A DNA stretch of 64,000 nt from an uncultured Acidobacteriota bacterium (GTDB lineage Bacteria > Acidobacteriota > Thermoanaerobaculia > Multivoradales > UBA5704), in the NCBI GenBank assembly GCA_963700145.1, contig OY969474.1, forward strand, positions 3,840,001-3,904,000. The letters are read 5' to 3'. This document shows positions 40,606 to 50,403 of this stretch, one piece after another. The position numbers and the translations under genes are program-made. The notes beneath the pieces are model-generated. The model was not told the DNA's origin and searched no databases. It worked only from the letters and a program-made list of their open reading frames with translations. How positions within the stretch are numbered: position 1 is the stretch's first letter; every line of letters starts with the position of its first letter.

Positions 40606-41760
40606 TCAGCCGCCGCCGGCGAGGGGGATCGTCAATCTCCACATGTCGTCGAGCAGCACCGGCGCGAACTCCGCGGTCGCTCCCCCGAAGATGTAGAGCT
40701 CGTAGGCCGTGGCGGTCTTGCGGGAGAAGTGGAACTGGCCGAACCTCGGCGCCGGCGCCGGCCCCGTCATCGCGGTGTCCACGCGCGTCCACGTCGCGGT
40801 GTGGAGATCGAAGGACCAGAGATCGGACAGGGTAGTCCCGTCGAACTTGCTGCCCCCGAAGAGCCAGATGCGGTCGTTGTGCTCATCGGCGATCAGCTTC
40901 GCGTTGTCGCGGTGGCCCGGTCCGCTGTCCTCGTCGAAGACGAGCTGATCCCAGGTCTCCGTGTCGAGGTCGAACATCCAGAGATCGCCGAGGTAGTTCT
41001 CCGGCGTGAACAGACCGGTCCCGTTCACGGCGTCGTTCGTGTATCCGCCGTAGACGAACAGGACGTTCCAGCCCTCGGAGTAGACGAGCGGATGATGGGC
41101 CCGAGCGCGCGGGGCGGGCGACTCGGTCGCGACCTGCTTCCAGCCGTTCTTGTAGCGGACCAGGTCGTGCTGGAGGCCGTCCGGACGGTTGATGAAGGCC
41201 GGCAGCGTCGACGACGAGCCCGAGAAGGCGTACGCGACGGTCTTGTGCTTCCCCTTCTCTCGCACGGCGACCGCCTCCGTGGAGCGGTTGGCGCGCCCGA
41301 TTTCGGCCGCGCCCTGCGAGATCTGCGTCCACCCGTGTACCGGATCGAACCGGAACGTGTCCTGGTGCGTGAGGTCGAGCCCGCGCCGGAAAGGACCTCT
41401 CCCGCCGGAGACGATCAGCGCGTCGTCCTCGGCGACGTACCACATCATCGACTCGGCCCTGGCGGACGGCCCGCCCGGGGACTGACCGAGGTCGTACCAG
41501 GTCAGCGTGTCGACGTCGAAGGCGCTGAGATCGGCCACGGGCTCGTCGTTCGGGAAGGTCCCGTTCAACCCGCCGAAGATGTAGAAGAAACCCCGGTGAT
41601 AGGCGCTCGCACCGTCCCAGAGAGCGTCGGGGACGGCGCCGCCCTGCGCAATCTCGGTCCAGTAGGGCAAGCCCGGCTGGGCGCCGCTCGGGCGGATCCC
41701 GGCGCACGAGAGCAAGAGAGACGCGGTGAGGATCGTCTTGAGGGGGAACGTTTTCATCAC
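40606..41760 (-). CDS. Secreted Kelch-repeat protein
   Basis: Repeated FGG/YGG...DLW.FD..T.TW...P..R; signal peptide. Confidence 0.85.
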   Translation of the reverse strand: MMKTFPLKTILTASLLLSCAGIRPSGAQPGLPYWTEIAQGGAVPDALWDGASAYHRGFFYIFGGLNGTFPNDEPVADLSAFDVDTLTWYDLGQSPGGPSARAESMMWYVAEDDALIVSGGRGPFRRGLDLTHQDTFRFDPVHGWTQISQGAAEIGRANRSTEAVAVREKGKHKTVAYAFSGSSSTLPAFINRPDGLQHDLVRYKNGWKQVATESPAPRARAHHPLVYSEGWNVLFVYGGYTNDAVNGTGLFTPENYLGDLWMFDLDTETWDQLVFDEDSGPGHRDNAKLIADEHNDRIWLFGGSKFDGTTLSDLWSFDLHTATWTRVDTAMTGPAPAPRFGQFHFSRKTATAYELYIFGGATAEFAPVLLDDMWRLTIPLAGGG

Positions 41761-41770
41761 GGAGCTCCTT

Positions 41771-43885
41771 TTACTGATACGTCACCACGAGCTGCGGCCG
41801 GTTGGCCGAGGTCGAGTTGTTGCCCGAGTAGTAGCCGATGTAATCGTTGCCCCCGTCGTCGTTGTCGTCGAGGTCGAAGTAGACGCGGAGCTGCGTCGTC
41901 CCCGTCTTGTCGAGGGCGGCGAGGCCCGCGGCGTTCAGGCTGCCTTCCGACCAGCTCCCGTTGGACGCGGCGTTGCTCAGGCTCGCCGCCTGGACGGCGG
42001 TCGCCGTGGCTTGGAAGTCTCCCGTCTGGAGCGCCGTCGACCCGGAGAAGCCGCCCGTCTGGACGTCGGCCCGGCAGGTGCCGTGCGTGGTGAAGGGGTT
42101 GGTGCCGCTCGACGTGCCGCGGCGCAGGCGCAGGGTCGCCGAAACGATCGTGGCGCCGTCGGGGATCGACGAGGTGTCGAAGGCGACCACGGATTTGTAC
42201 TGGCGGTCGCTGGTGGCGTCGCCCACCCGCAGGGCGCTGGTGTTGGAGGCGGTGCTGTCGATGGAGCCGCCGGCGTTGGAGGTTTCGGACGACTCCAGCA
42301 CCCAGCCGTCCTGGGCGGCGATCGAGATGAGGGTGACGACGGTCGGCGGAAGCACCGGCGTGGCCGAGGCCTCGTTCGAATTCGGCCCCTCGCCCACCGT
42401 GTTGGTCGCGGTCACGACGTAGAAATAGGCCGTCCCGTTGGTCAGACCGGTGTCCGTGAAGCTCGTGCCGGTCCAGTTGCTCTGGATGGTCGTGTAGGGT
42501 CCGCCGCTCGCCGTGGCGCGATGGACGCGGTAAGCGGTCGCGCCGCTCGCGGCCGTCCAGGTGAGACCGATCTGGCCGTTGCCCGGCGTGGCCGAAAGCG
42601 CGCCCGGCGCGCCCGGCGGCGCCTCGCAGTACTGAGCCTGCTTGCCGATCACGGCATACGGGCAGGCGGCCTGCTCGAGCAGATAGAGGATCGCGGCGCG
42701 GTTGCGGGCGGTCTCGGCCGGGATTACCTCGTCCGGGGGATAGAAACCGCCCTGCCCGGAGGTGACGGGGTACATCTCGAAAGAGAGGGAGAAAATCCGG
42801 TGGGCGCCGTAAAGATAGTCCTTGATCCCTCCATCGGTGATGTAAAGGTCGCTCCCCTGCTGGGGGGTGTAACCGTTGGAGGCGGCCATGGCCTGGCCGA
42901 TGGTGACGAACACGTCGTGGTCGTCCTGGGTCATGTCGGCAGGCACGTCGGTGAAGGTATAGCCGTAGGGCCACATCACCAGCTCGCCGTAGGTATGGAC
43001 GTCTAGGTGGGCCGTGATCTGTTGCGTGCCGCCGACCACGCGGCTGTCGACGAAGTCGCGCACCACCGCGGTTTCGGGGGCCGAGAAGGCCGCCGCTCCG
43101 CGATAGGTTTCGCTGCTCGGCGTGCCGCTGCTGCCGCCGCAGCAACCCCACCTGTAGTCCCAGTTGCGGTTCAAGTCGGTGCCGATGGCGCTCGTGCCGG
43201 CGTTGGGCTGGCGGTTCTTGCGCCACGAAACGTAGCTGCCGGTCGCGATGTCGTACTCGCCGCCGTCCGGATTCATGTCGAAGACGATCCAGACTTCGCG
43301 GCCGTCCACCAGACTGGTGATCTGGGGATCGGTACCGTATTCGTCGGTCAGCATCTTCAGGGTGTAGAGGGCCATCTCGACGGTCAGATGCTCGCGGGCG
43401 TGTTGATGGTGCGTGAAGAGCACCTCGGGCTCGTCCTCGTCGGCGCCCACGTTGTCGGAGATCTTGCCGGCCCAGACCGTGCGCCCCTGATACGACAGGC
43501 CCATGGAAAAAAGCGAGAAGATCGCCGGGTGGTCGAGCGCGGCCTGCTCGAGCTCGGCCACCATTTCGGCGTAGTCGTGGTAGGCCGAGTCGGCCGGCGG
43601 AAAGGCCTGGATGAACGCCTGGGGCTCGAGCGTGAGGCCGAGCCGGCCGAGGGCCCGTGCCTCCTCGGAGGTCGCTTCCACGAGGATGTAGTCGTGGCCG
43701 ACCTCGAAGATGTCCGCGCCGGTGGCGGCGATGGCGGAGCGGGTGCGGGCGTCGAAGACGTTCGAGATCTTGTAGGTCCCGGTGTCTTTGACAGGCTGTG
43801 CGGCGGCGGGCGCCGCCCAAGTCGCCGGGGCGGTCAGGACGAACATCGCGATCAAGACCGCAAAGCCGGGGAATCTGCGTTTCAT
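41771..43885 (-). CDS. Secreted carboxypeptidase T-like M14 peptidase with FN3 and C-terminal accessory domain
   Basis: [34 protein letters not shown]; FN3 [12 protein letters not shown]...YFYVVTA. Confidence 0.92.
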   Translation of the reverse strand: MKRRFPGFAVLIAMFVLTAPATWAAPAAAQPVKDTGTYKISNVFDARTRSAIAATGADIFEVGHDYILVEATSEEARALGRLGLTLEPQAFIQAFPPADSAYHDYAEMVAELEQAALDHPAIFSLFSMGLSYQGRTVWAGKISDNVGADEDEPEVLFTHHQHAREHLTVEMALYTLKMLTDEYGTDPQITSLVDGREVWIVFDMNPDGGEYDIATGSYVSWRKNRQPNAGTSAIGTDLNRNWDYRWGCCGGSSGTPSSETYRGAAAFSAPETAVVRDFVDSRVVGGTQQITAHLDVHTYGELVMWPYGYTFTDVPADMTQDDHDVFVTIGQAMAASNGYTPQQGSDLYITDGGIKDYLYGAHRIFSLSFEMYPVTSGQGGFYPPDEVIPAETARNRAAILYLLEQAACPYAVIGKQAQYCEAPPGAPGALSATPGNGQIGLTWTAASGATAYRVHRATASGGPYTTIQSNWTGTSFTDTGLTNGTAYFYVVTATNTVGEGPNSNEASATPVLPPTVVTLISIAAQDGWVLESSETSNAGGSIDSTASNTSALRVGDATSDRQYKSVVAFDTSSIPDGATIVSATLRLRRGTSSGTNPFTTHGTCRADVQTGGFSGSTALQTGDFQATATAVQAASLSNAASNGSWSEGSLNAAGLAALDKTGTTQLRVYFDLDDNDDGGNDYIGYYSGNNSTSANRPQLVVTYQ

Positions 43886-44358
43886 CGAATCACCTCGACA
43901 CGGCGCCCGGTGACGGTGTCGGTGGCGATGGGGTCTTCGTCATCGGTCGTGGGGTCGAGCGGATCCTCTCCGTCCTCGAACGCGCGCACCACGAGCGTGC
44001 CGGCGACGTTGTCGCACCCTTGACCCACCGCGTGCAGGGAAATGTCGACACGGCTGACGTCCTGAAGGGTTCCGTCGTCCCTGAACACGAGGGCGAGCAC
44101 CACCGCTTCGACGCCATCGTGGCCGTCCCTCTCCCAGCTCCCCTGCTGATCGGAAAAGTTGATGAGCGCCTGGAGGGAGCTCGTGGCGAAGAAGGTCCCG
44201 TCGGCCTCGATCGTCCAGAGGGCGGTGGCGCCTCCGTCTTCATCGATCAGGTAGGTCCCGGTGCAGCTCCCCGGACCGCCATCTGCGAGCAGCGAGGCGG
44301 ACGAGCCCACGACCAGGACGGCGAAGAGCAGGGCATGAAGAAGTCTGATTTTCATCAC
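43882..44358 (-). CDS. Secreted hypothetical protein
   Basis: Signal peptide, SD AAGGAG, ATGA coupling to the peptidase gene. Confidence 0.7.
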   Translation of the reverse strand: MMKIRLLHALLFAVLVVGSSASLLADGGPGSCTGTYLIDEDGGATALWTIEADGTFFATSSLQALINFSDQQGSWERDGHDGVEAVVLALVFRDDGTLQDVSRVDISLHAVGQGCDNVAGTLVVRAFEDGEDPLDPTTDDEDPIATDTVTGRRVEVIR

Positions 44359-44402
44359 AAAGGTCTCCTTTCAGAAGAGGGTAGCGGCCCGGAGCACCGC
44401 CC

Positions 44403-44446
44403 GCATCCTCTCTAGGGAGGAGCCTGGCATCCTCTCTAGAGAGGAG
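44403..44446. promoter_or_regulatory. Tandem palindromic operator-like sites
   Basis: GCATCCTCTCTAGGGAGGAG and GCATCCTCTCTAGAGAGGAG, 24-bp period; the second contains the perfect palindrome TCCTCTCTAGAGAGGA. Confidence 0.6.
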
Positions 44447-44508
44447 GACGACCGCGCGTAGACGCCCGCGCTTGCGTAGCTTTGCGGGATAAAGTACATT
44501 GCCGCGCC

Positions 44509-45870
44509 ATGAAGAGAGCCAAGATCGCCGGCTGGGCGTGCGCCGCCGTGCTCGTCCTCCTCGCCGTCGCCGCCGGCTACCGCGCCCTCGACCGGGACGT
44601 CCCCGCCGCCGCGGCGACGCCGCCCGCGACCGCACCCGCGACCGCGCCGGCGGCGGCGCAGACCCACCCGGCGGCGGCGACCGACCAGGGGTTCCTCTAC
44701 GGCCGGGTCACCACCGCCGACGGCGCCGTCTACGAGGGGCGGCTGCGCTTCGGCATCGACCAGGAGGCGTTCTGGGGCGACTACTTCAACGGCTACAAGC
44801 CCGAGAACCCCTGGCGCGCCCACCTGCCGCCGGAGCGGCTGAAGGAGCACCACGCGATCGAGATCCTGGGGATCGAGATCGCCCGCCGGGAGCGCCAGGT
44901 CAACCTCGGCCGGCCGTTCACGGCGCGCTTCGGTGAGCTCGCGCGCATCGAGGCGCGCGGCCGCGACGTGCGGGTGACGCTCAAGAGCGGGACCGTCTTC
45001 GACCTCGACCGCTACGGCGCCAGCGACCTGGACGACGGCCTGCGGGTGTGGGACGGCAGGCGCGGCGCCGTCGACCTCACGGCCACGGTCCAGAAGGAGC
45101 TCCTCGGGATCGAGGGCGATCGGCGGATCCGCACGATCGAGCTCCTCCCCACCCCCCCGCGAGGCGCCGCCCCCTACCGGCTGCAAGGTACCGTGCGCAC
45201 GCGGCAGGGCGACTTCACCGGCTTCGTCGCGTGGCACCGGCACGGGGCCCTCGGCCCCGACGAGCTCGACGGCCGCACCGCCGCCGCCGAGGGCAAGGGC
45301 GAGGACGAGCTCAGCCTGCGCTTCGACACCATCCGCTCCATCGCGCGCCGCTCGCGCGACAGCTCCCTGGTGACGCTGCTCGACGGCCGCGAGATCGTCC
45401 TCTCCGGCACCCCCGAGGTCGGCGCCGGCAACCGCGGGATCTACGTCGACGACCCGCGCTACGGCCGGGTGCAGATCTTCTGGGACGCCTTCGAGCGCGC
45501 CGACTTCGGCCCCGGCGGCAGCGGCCCCGCCTACGGCGACTTCCCGCCGGGGCGCCGGCTCACGGGCAGCGTCACGACCCGCGCCGGCCGCCGCCTCGCC
45601 GGCCGGCTGGTCTACGACCTCGACGAGACCGAGACCACCGACACGCTCGACGCCGAGGACCGGGGCGTGAACTACACCATCCCCTTCGGCCTGATCGCCT
45701 CGATCGCGCCCGGCGGCCGCGTGACCCTCCACGGCGGCGAGGAGCTGCGGCTCGAGCGCGCCGGCGACCTCGGCGAGGCGAACCTCGGCATGCTGATCTT
45801 CGTCGAGGGCCGCAAGCGCCCCGAGTACGTCCCCTGGACCGACGTCGAGCGGATCGACCTCGACGACTAG
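44509..45870 (+). CDS. Exported hypothetical protein with internal repeats
   Basis: N-terminal hydrophobic helix; repeats GRVTTADG..YEGRL, GTVRTRQG.FTGFV, GSVTTRAG..LAGRL. Confidence 0.75.
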   Translation: MKRAKIAGWACAAVLVLLAVAAGYRALDRDVPAAAATPPATAPATAPAAAQTHPAAATDQGFLYGRVTTADGAVYEGRLRFGIDQEAFWGDYFNGYKPENPWRAHLPPERLKEHHAIEILGIEIARRERQVNLGRPFTARFGELARIEARGRDVRVTLKSGTVFDLDRYGASDLDDGLRVWDGRRGAVDLTATVQKELLGIEGDRRIRTIELLPTPPRGAAPYRLQGTVRTRQGDFTGFVAWHRHGALGPDELDGRTAAAEGKGEDELSLRFDTIRSIARRSRDSSLVTLLDGREIVLSGTPEVGAGNRGIYVDDPRYGRVQIFWDAFERADFGPGGSGPAYGDFPPGRRLTGSVTTRAGRRLAGRLVYDLDETETTDTLDAEDRGVNYTIPFGLIASIAPGGRVTLHGGEELRLERAGDLGEANLGMLIFVEGRKRPEYVPWTDVERIDLDD

Positions 45871-46241
45871 CGGGCCGGTTCGAAGAGCTCGACCGGGTTG
45901 CCGTCCGGGTCCTCGAGCTGAATCTGTCGACCGCCCGGCCCCACTTCCATCTCGTTGCGGAACTTCACGCCGGCCTTCTCGAGCGCCTCGATCTGCGCGG
46001 GGAGATCGGTCACGCGCAGCACGACCCGGTTCCATCCGCCCGGCTCCTGGGCCACGCCGCCAGGCATCGGACGCGACCCCGATGCCCCCGGGCCGCTGAG
46101 CAGCAGGCTGAAATCTCCGAGCGAGACGTTGGCGAACGCGGGGAGTTGTTGATGTCGCAGCTCGAACCCGAGATGCCCGGTGTAGAAGGTGACAGCCCGC
46201 GCGACGTCCTTCACGTGATAGCGCACACCGTGCAGGGTCAT
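45867..46241 (-). CDS. VOC/glyoxalase family protein
   Basis: VRYHVKDVARAVTFYT..LGF, GPGGRQIQLEDPDGNPVELFE; SD AGGAG before ATG 46241. Confidence 0.9.
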   Translation of the reverse strand: MTLHGVRYHVKDVARAVTFYTGHLGFELRHQQLPAFANVSLGDFSLLLSGPGASGSRPMPGGVAQEPGGWNRVVLRVTDLPAQIEALEKAGVKFRNEMEVGPGGRQIQLEDPDGNPVELFEPAR

Positions 46242-46378
46242 ATGTCTCCTCTTCCTGCTCGAGCCTGCAACGCCGATGCCTTCGGGCGACACGGTCTTTT
46301 AGCCCTGTGGCACTATGCGAGTGCGGGCGCCCCGCGCCGCTCCGGGCCGGGCTCCGACCCGACGGAGGGATGAATCCC

Positions 46379-46699
46379 ATGAAAGCTTTGCGGAAAGCGG
46401 CCCTCGGGCTGGCGGTGGTGGCGTGTCTGCTGGCGGTGGCCCCGGCCGCCTGGGCAGGGGCGATAGATACGTCGGCGCGGACGGACGCGGGCGGCTGGAT
46501 CGCTGGGTGGGTCGAGCGGATCGCCCGCTGGATGAGCTGGACCGATCAGCCGGGGCCTGGTGAGGGTGACGCTGGCCGGGTGCGGCCGGTGTTCGAGCAC
46601 GACAACTGCGGTATCGACCCCAACGGCGCGCCGAAGCCTTGCCCGCCGGGGATGGGTCCCGAGCCACCCGAGGGCTCCGGTGGCCCGTTGGGAGGCTGA
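46379..46699 (+). CDS. Small secreted protein with CGIDPNG motif
   Basis: SD GGAGG; signal peptide ending AWA; Trp-rich amphipathic segment; DNCGIDPNGAPKPC. Confidence 0.65.
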   Translation: MKALRKAALGLAVVACLLAVAPAAWAGAIDTSARTDAGGWIAGWVERIARWMSWTDQPGPGEGDAGRVRPVFEHDNCGIDPNGAPKPCPPGMGPEPPEGSGGPLGG

Positions 46700-46742
46700 T
46701 CGCCGACGAGCGGACGCGCGATTCCGTATAAAATTGCTACCA

Positions 46743-48074
46743 GTGGACAACGAGCGCGAGCACTCGATTCCCGCCGACGTGCTGGCCCGCTTCGCAGCCG
46801 GCCTTGCGTCGCCCGAGGAGAGCCGCCTCGTCGCTCGCCACCTTTTCGCCGGCTGCGCCATCTGCATCCAGACTCTCTCCCTCGCCGCCTTCCCCGCAAG
46901 GAGCGGCGAGGGTCCCCCGCCAGCCGGCGCCTACGATCAGGCCTTCGCGGCCGTCGACCGTGACGTGGCCGCCGAGCTGAAGCGCCGCCACCTTCCGGCG
47001 CAGAAGCTGCTCGCCGAGCTCGATCGCCTGCCCACCGAGCGGCAAGAGCTCAAGGTCCGGAACGGCACGCGCTACGCCTCGCTGGAGCTGTCCGCGGCCT
47101 ACGTCGAGCGCAGCAACGAGGTGCGCTACCGGAACCCTGCCGAGATGCTCCGGTTCGCGCGCGTAGCGGTCGCCGCAGCGGAGGCTGCAGCTCGCGTAGG
47201 GTTGGAGCCCCGCTCGCTAGTCAATGACGCTCTGGCTCATGCCTGGGGGCAGGTGGCTAACGCACACAGAGTCCGAAGCGAGGTTCCTGAGGCAGGGCGC
47301 GCCTTTGTCCGGGGGGAGGAGTTTCTGCGAGCGGGCACGGGCGAAGCGACCCTTCGCGCGTGGTTTCTTGAGAAGAAGGCCTCCTACTATCGTCAGCGCC
47401 GCGATTTCCGAGCCGCGATGGAGCTTCTGGAAGAAGCAGTTCGTCTGCATTCGCGCTTACACGATCGCAGGGCAGAAGGTCGCGCTCTAATCAGCTTGGC
47501 CCTCGTGACTATCGTTAGTGGCCAGCCTGAAGCAGCTATCGCCCCCCTACAACGCTGTATTCCGATGTTCACCGGCCGGCCACATGACTTGGACCTCCTC
47601 TGGGCTGCAACGCAAAACCTGGTCTTCTGCTTCGTCGAGCTCGGTCAGCCTGCTCACGCCTACGACCTGCTCGCTTTCGCCGAGCCGCAGTTCAAGGAGT
47701 GCTCCGATGAGCTGGTCCACCTTCGCGTGGATTGGGTCAAGGGCAAGATCGAGAGAGAGCTCGGACTCTATGGCGCGGCGCAATTCCGGTTCGAGCTCGT
47801 GAGGGATGAATACCTACGCAGAGATTTGACCGCCGAGGTCGGGGCTGTCTCCCTCGATCTGGCTGAGGTCTACGCTCACCAAGGGCTCGCCGCGGAGCTG
47901 ATCCGCACCGTGGCTGACACGATCCCTCTCTTCCAGTCGCTCGGCGTGGGGCGCGAGCTGATCGCCGCGCTCCTGAAGCTCCAGGAGATCGCCCGCTCGC
48001 AGCAAGCCGCCGTCGCGCTGCTGCGCGAGGTGGCGAAGCAGTTCCAGGAAGACCTGCCGCAGCTCAGCCGTTAG
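46743..48074 (+). CDS. TPR-like helical repeat protein with N-terminal HxxxGCxxC zinc-finger-like motif
   Basis: RHLFAGCAIC; HAWGQVANAHRV, EAVLEE-type helices such as AAMELLEEAVRL, SLDLAEVY; GTG 46743. Confidence 0.78.
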   Translation: MDNEREHSIPADVLARFAAGLASPEESRLVARHLFAGCAICIQTLSLAAFPARSGEGPPPAGAYDQAFAAVDRDVAAELKRRHLPAQKLLAELDRLPTERQELKVRNGTRYASLELSAAYVERSNEVRYRNPAEMLRFARVAVAAAEAAARVGLEPRSLVNDALAHAWGQVANAHRVRSEVPEAGRAFVRGEEFLRAGTGEATLRAWFLEKKASYYRQRRDFRAAMELLEEAVRLHSRLHDRRAEGRALISLALVTIVSGQPEAAIAPLQRCIPMFTGRPHDLDLLWAATQNLVFCFVELGQPAHAYDLLAFAEPQFKECSDELVHLRVDWVKGKIERELGLYGAAQFRFELVRDEYLRRDLTAEVGAVSLDLAEVYAHQGLAAELIRTVADTIPLFQSLGVGRELIAALLKLQEIARSQQAAVALLREVAKQFQEDLPQLSR

Positions 48075-48501
48075 GCAGCGGCGGCACTTCGGGCATCTCG
48101 CGGTCGAGCTCCGCGAAGAGGCGCTCGATCTCCTCGTCGCTGAAGATCCCCTTCTCCTTCAGTCTCCAGATCAGCACGCGGAGGCTCGCGTGCCGCACGA
48201 GGCGCGCGCTGAGCGGGTACGCCGGGTGGGGCGGCGCGGCCGCGGGCTTGCCGCGCACGTCGGGCGGGCCGTAGACCTCCTCGAAGAACTCCACCGGCGA
48301 GACGTCGAGCGCCGCGAGGATGCCGGCGATGTGCACGTAGCGCAGCTCGATCGCGCCGCTGAACACTTGCCGCAGGTAGTCGTGCCGCCGGCCGATGAGG
48401 AGCCCGACCTCGCGGAGCGACATGCGCTTGCGGCGGATGATCTCGCGCAACGCCGTTCGCACCCGAATCATTTCGGCGTCGGCCTGTTGGCTGAGATCCA
48501 C
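48064..48501 (-). CDS. XRE-like helix-turn-helix protein
   Basis: MSLREVGLLIGRRHDYLRQVFSGAIELR...ILAALDVSPVEFF. Confidence 0.72.
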   Translation of the reverse strand: MDLSQQADAEMIRVRTALREIIRRKRMSLREVGLLIGRRHDYLRQVFSGAIELRYVHIAGILAALDVSPVEFFEEVYGPPDVRGKPAAAPPHPAYPLSARLVRHASLRVLIWRLKEKGIFSDEEIERLFAELDREMPEVPPLPNG

Positions 48502-48507
48502 GCCGGG

Positions 48508-48535
48508 ATTGTACCTCTAGTGTTGCGTTAGTCAA
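48508..48535 (-). promoter_or_regulatory. Sigma70 promoter giving a probable leaderless HTH transcript
   Basis: TTGACT-N16-TACAAT, ending 6 nt before the GTG at 48501. Confidence 0.6.
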
Positions 48536-48621
48536 CAACAGTTCCGCTAGGTGGCACGTTGACATGTGGTCGATAGCTGTGCTGTCATCCACTTCGTGCC
48601 GAGCCTTTACACCTCTCTGCA

Positions 48622-49401
48622 GTGGCATCTACGCCGTTGGCCCACCTGAGCCACTTCGATGCGCTCTTCCTGCTCGCGCCGCTGCCGCGGGCCGAGCGGC
48701 GGCAGCTTGCGCACGCTCTGGTCTGCGATTCCTGCCGCGCGGTCCTCCGCGAAGTCCTCGCGGCCCAAACGCCTGCCGCCTCGCCTGAGACTCCCGCCTC
48801 CCGCCGTTCCCGCCCTCTCGACTACAGCGCCATGTGGACCGCCCTCGAGAAGAAGCTCGCGGCCGAGGTGCCGGAGATCTTCCGCGAGCGCGAAGCCGCC
48901 CAGCGCGAGCTGGAGAAGCTCCTGCGCCTGCGGCGAGACCAGCGCGCCGCCGTCGCGCGCCCCTGGCCTCGCTCGCCATCGCCTCCTCGACAAGAGCGCC
49001 GAAGTGACCGCCGCGGACCCGCGCGAAGGCGAGCACCTGGCGCGGCTGGTCATCACGATGGTGGGGAAACTCGACGTCGCGCGCGTGCCGGTGACGCTGC
49101 TCGCCGAGCTGACCAGCCAAGCCTGGGCGCTCGTCGGCAACGCGCGGCGGCACCGCCAGGACCTGACGGGCGCCGACTGGGCGTTCCAGCAAGCCCAGGC
49201 CCGCCTCGACCTGGCGACCGACCTCGCCGTCAACGCCACCTCTGCCGCCTCCTCTCCGAGCTCCGCCGCGAGCAGGGCCGCACCGAAGAAGCCCTCGCCC
49301 TCGGCGAACGGGCGCGCGTCCTCTTCACCCAAGTCCACAAGCTCGCCGATTCGACTTCCGGCCCGGGCATTCCGCCCGGTCCCGGTTCACAGGAGACGTG
49401 A
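48622..49401 (+). pseudogene. Frameshifted paralog of the TPR/zinc-finger protein
   Basis: HALVCDSC and AQRELEKLL in one frame, DPREGEHLARL...AWALVGNARR in another, then ELRREQGRTEEALAL in the first frame again. Confidence 0.68.
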
Positions 49402-49402
49402 C

Positions 49403-49618
49403 ATGGCCAAGCCCCAGAAACGACCCCCGACCCCCGTCACCGAACACCTGAAGGCCGAACGCATCCAGGTGCTCCTCGCCGGCCTGCCGGAATGGCGCGT
49501 CAGCGCCGTCCAGATCGCCGGCGGCGTCGTCACCCTCACCCTCACCACCGCCAAGACCGCCCGCGGGCTGACGAAGGAGGAGCTGGAGCTCGCGGCGGGC
49601 CTGGAGAAGGTGGCGTAG
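49403..49618 (+). CDS. Small protein, possibly an internally deleted pterin-4a-carbinolamine dehydratase-like fold
   Basis: SD AGGAG; LKAERIQVLLAGLPEW...VTLTLTT...GLTKEELELAAGLE. Confidence 0.4.
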   Translation: MAKPQKRPPTPVTEHLKAERIQVLLAGLPEWRVSAVQIAGGVVTLTLTTAKTARGLTKEELELAAGLEKVA

Positions 49619-49633
49619 ATGCTCCGCGGAGGC

Positions 49634-49843
49634 CTGGAGATGTTTTCCCAAGGCTCGGGAATCAATCTCCAGCCGCTCAAGATGCGTCTCCAAGCCCCGG
49701 AGATATATCTCCAGGCCTTGGAGATGGATTCCGAGCCGTTGGGAATCGATCTCCAAGCCCTTGGAATCGATCTCCAACCCCGGAAGATCGATTCCCAGGC
49801 ACCGGAGATCGATCTCCAGCCTCCGGAGATGTATCTCCAGCGC
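49634..49843. repeat. Array of ten degenerate 21-bp units with a palindromic core
   Basis: Core GGAGATCGATCTCC recurs every 21 bp; weaker units flank it to about 49613 and 49885. Confidence 0.9.
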
Positions 49844-49925
49844 CTCCCAGACGAATTCCCGCCGCGCGGAGTCGGTCTCCGCGCCCACTCTCCACCAACT
49901 TCCGACTCAGACAAGGAGTTTTCCC

Positions 49926-50321
49926 GTGCCAGAGAACTTGGGAGAGAAGCTCAAGACCTGGAGGACCCTCGCGGAGGGCATCAAGCCCCGCCTGGAAGAG
50001 ATCCCTCTGCTCCGGGAGGACCAAGCCGAGCTCGCCGCGCTGGTCCTGGAGATCGACGCCCTCATCGACCGGGGCGATCAGCATGAGGCCCGCCTGCGAG
50101 AAACCAGCCGGAAGCGCACGCAGGCGGAGGCCCGCGCGGCCGAGCTCCATGGCCGCGTGGTCTTCGTGCTGAAGGGCCACTACGGCAAGCGCGCCCTCCT
50201 GCTCCACGAGTTCGGCGTCCAGCCCCACGCCCTACCCGGCCCGAAGAAGGAGGAGACCACGCCCCCCGCTCCGACGCCGGCTCCCGCCTCCCAGGAGCCG
50301 ACCCCCGATTCGGGGGCTTGA
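49926..50321 (+). CDS. Small alpha-helical hypothetical protein with Pro-rich tail
   Basis: SD AAGGAG, GTG 49926; coiled-coil core; LKGHYGK...LHEFGVQP. Confidence 0.72.
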   Translation: MPENLGEKLKTWRTLAEGIKPRLEEIPLLREDQAELAALVLEIDALIDRGDQHEARLRETSRKRTQAEARAAELHGRVVFVLKGHYGKRALLLHEFGVQPHALPGPKKEETTPPAPTPAPASQEPTPDSGA

Positions 50322-50336
50322 TCGCGGAACACAACG

Positions 50337-50369
50337 GCCGCCGGCGGAGATCTGACCTCCGCCGGCGGC
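50337..50369 (+). terminator. Strong hairpin after the helical protein gene
   Basis: GCCGCCGGCGGAG-N7-CTCCGCCGGCGGC, 13-bp perfect stem. Confidence 0.55.
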
Positions 50370-50403
50370 GCACCGCTCTCTCACAACACGGCGCGTCGAA
50401 CGA

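Noticed and set aside
49634-49843. CRISPR array
   Set aside because: Units are degenerate and contiguous with only 7-bp linkers; there are no unique spacers and no cas genes
49325-50086. Heptad-repeat ORFs on both strands (49619-50086 +, 49325-49888 -)
   Set aside because: A palindromic 21-bp repeat yields similar heptads on both strands, and both ORFs overlap better-supported genes
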